From positions 1 through 54,623 of the forward strand of contig CAYHDV010000004.1 in the NCBI GenBank assembly GCA_964355515.1: a stretch of 54,623 bases of DNA, given 5' to 3'. This document shows positions 53,376 through 54,623 of the stretch, piece after piece. Each line of letters begins with the position of its first letter. The first letter of the stretch is position 1. Origin of the DNA: an uncultured Candidatus Saccharibacteria bacterium. GTDB lineage: Bacteria; Patescibacteriota; Minisyncoccia; Phycocordibacterales; CSBR16-119. The position numbers were made by a program, and so were the translations under genes. The notes under the pieces were generated by a model. That model worked only from the letters and a program-made list of their open reading frames with translations, did no database searches and had not been told where the DNA came from.

Positions 53376-53696
53376 ATAAATTTAAAAAACAATGTCTAAG
53401 GGAAGACATCGTTTGCTTGAAAAGATAATGACGAGTGGATCCCCCCACACTCACACTTTTTGTTCTTCGTAAACGAAGACGATATGAAGCTAGATATCCG
53501 CCTAAGCTAGACTCCATCCTGTATAGAATGGCTCCTCTACAAGACTTGCTTCACTCTTCCAAAGAAGCTCGGTTTCCGATCTCCCACAAACAAACGTGCC
53601 TTCCCAGACAACCCAAACGGGCTATCTCAAAATCTTAACTCAGTAGTATATATAAGCATTTTTACCGTCTAAAAGTATTACTCATAACCTTTCGCT

Positions 53697-54623
53697 TTCC
53701 TAATAGGAATTCGAATAATTAGTACTCCTCTGCTAAATGCATTACTGCATGTACACATAGAGCCTATCAACGTGATCATCTCTCACGATTCTCAAATGAT
53801 TCCTTATCTTAAAGTTGGCTTCCCTCTTAGATGCTTTCAGAGGTTATCCATTCCCAACATAGCTACCCAGCAATGCTCCTGGCGGAACAACTGGTACACC
53901 AGAGGTCAGTCCACTTCGGTCCTCTCGTACTAGAAGCAGATCTTTTCAAGAATCAACGCCCGCAGTAGATAGGAGACCAACCTGTCTCACGCATTTTGTT
54001 TTATTTCCCATGCTAAGAGGAACCTTTATTACTAAAGGGATCGGACTGTATCCTCATCTTTTTAAAGATGGTCAACGTGCAGTCTCTACGGGTGGTTTAT
54101 AAACTTTACAAAAGTGAGGTAAAAATTACCTCAAGAAAGCAAGAAGGGTTGGTAGCGATCGTTAATTATCCGAGTTTCGCGATCTATCCAGTTTTGACGT
54201 CCGTGTGCACACGTATATCATCTTAGTCAGACCGGTCGAATGAAGTCACTACCTTCCCAAATCTTGCAATAAAGAACCTTTGTAAAGTTTATAAACCTTC
54301 CCTCGGTATTACCCATACAGTATTCAGTATTCTCATACAAAATTCCATATTAGGGTTCCACCGATATCAGTCGACTTCACACACAATATTTCTAAAGTGT
54401 GCCGCCGTGATTGGTTGGTTTCTATCTTTTATTATTATTTCTTAGACGAAAAGACTCGATTTTACTTGTATCATTATTTTATTTTTTCACAAATGTGATG
54501 TCTGTTATGTATGCTGTGATTCAGATTTGTCTGTGAGTTAAAAAATAAATTTTCACTCCCAGACGGTCTGAACCCAGCTCGCGTACCTTTTTAATTGGCG
54601 AACAGCCAAACCCTTGGGACCTT
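53697..54623 (-). rRNA. rrl: 23S ribosomal RNA, 3' part (continues past the window end), interrupted by an intron at 53992-54562
   Basis: The minus strand reads ...GGTACGCGAGCTGGGTTCAGACCGT[intron]CGTGAGACAGGTTGGTCTCCTATCT...TAGTACGAGAGGACCGAAGTGGAC...GGATAACCTCTGAAAGCATCTAAG...GAGTACTAAT, matching domains V-VI of bacterial 23S. The 3' end is approximate. Confidence 0.92.
53992..54562 (-). other. 571-nt ORF-less intron in the 23S rRNA (group I-like splice-site rules)
   Basis: It interrupts the universally conserved ACGUC/GUGAGACAG segment. The upstream exon ends in U and the insert ends in G. No ORF of 60 aa or more on either strand. Extensive internal pairing, for example 54094-54113 with 54279-54298. 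Confidence 0.7.

Noticed and set aside
53435-53638. 67-aa plus-strand ORF in the 23S-5S spacer
   Set aside because: It lies inside the rRNA operon, antisense to the primary transcript, with no ribosome-binding context.
53992-54562. Homing endonuclease (LAGLIDADG or GIY-YIG) encoded in the 23S intron
   Set aside because: No ORF of 60 aa or more exists on either strand in the insert, so it appears ORF-less.
1-54623. tRNA genes, transposases, integrases or prophage genes
   Set aside because: I scanned the intergenic regions by eye for T-arm-like GGTTCGAAT/GTTCAAATC motifs and the ORFs for DDE, tyrosine- or serine-recombinase signatures, and found none. A computational tRNAscan or Infernal pass would be more reliable.

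Overview
AT-rich, gene-dense bacterial window, mostly minus-strand housekeeping genes. Recognised genes include trmD, rpsP, rnr, smc-like, rnc, nusB, rpmF, thrS, gyrB, pheST, typA, htpX, lemA, secDF, folD and rodA/ftsW, and the window ends in a 5S rRNA and a partial 23S rRNA. Several traits suggest a Patescibacteria/CPR-like genome, though this is inference only: domain-trimmed aminoacyl-tRNA synthetases, many small orphan proteins, an intron in the 23S rRNA, four-helix-bundle genes and dispersed palindromic repeats. The standard genetic code applies, since TGA ends several genes just ahead of terminator hairpins. The main finding is a diversity-generating retroelement (DGR) at about 36.35-40.46 kb. 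Its 128-nt template repeat (37835-37962) and variable repeat (38329-38456, the 3' end of a 714-aa orphan gene) differ at 22 positions, and every one is a template adenine. The cassette also holds a DGR-type reverse transcriptase (RT), an Avd-like gene on the opposite strand and a hairpin just past the variable repeat. The cassette has three oddities: an in-frame TGA in the RT, a palindromic repeat inserted in-frame in the RT, and a C10 tract that puts the conserved Avd N-terminus out of frame with the only upstream ATG. Secondary observations:
- a 571-nt ORF-less intron at the I-CreI-type site of the 23S rRNA, sharing a 17-mer with the flanks of a four-helix-bundle gene 37 kb away
- a NusB-Nudix fusion
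- a short SMC with no recognisable hinge
- a tandem pair of standalone LytTR genes with identical terminators
- a DUF559 gene bracketed by 39-nt inverted repeats
- a gene with an RNA polymerase alpha-CTD-like domain inserted between pheS and pheT
- a dispersed 25-nt repeat family
No tRNA genes, CRISPR arrays or transposases were found.
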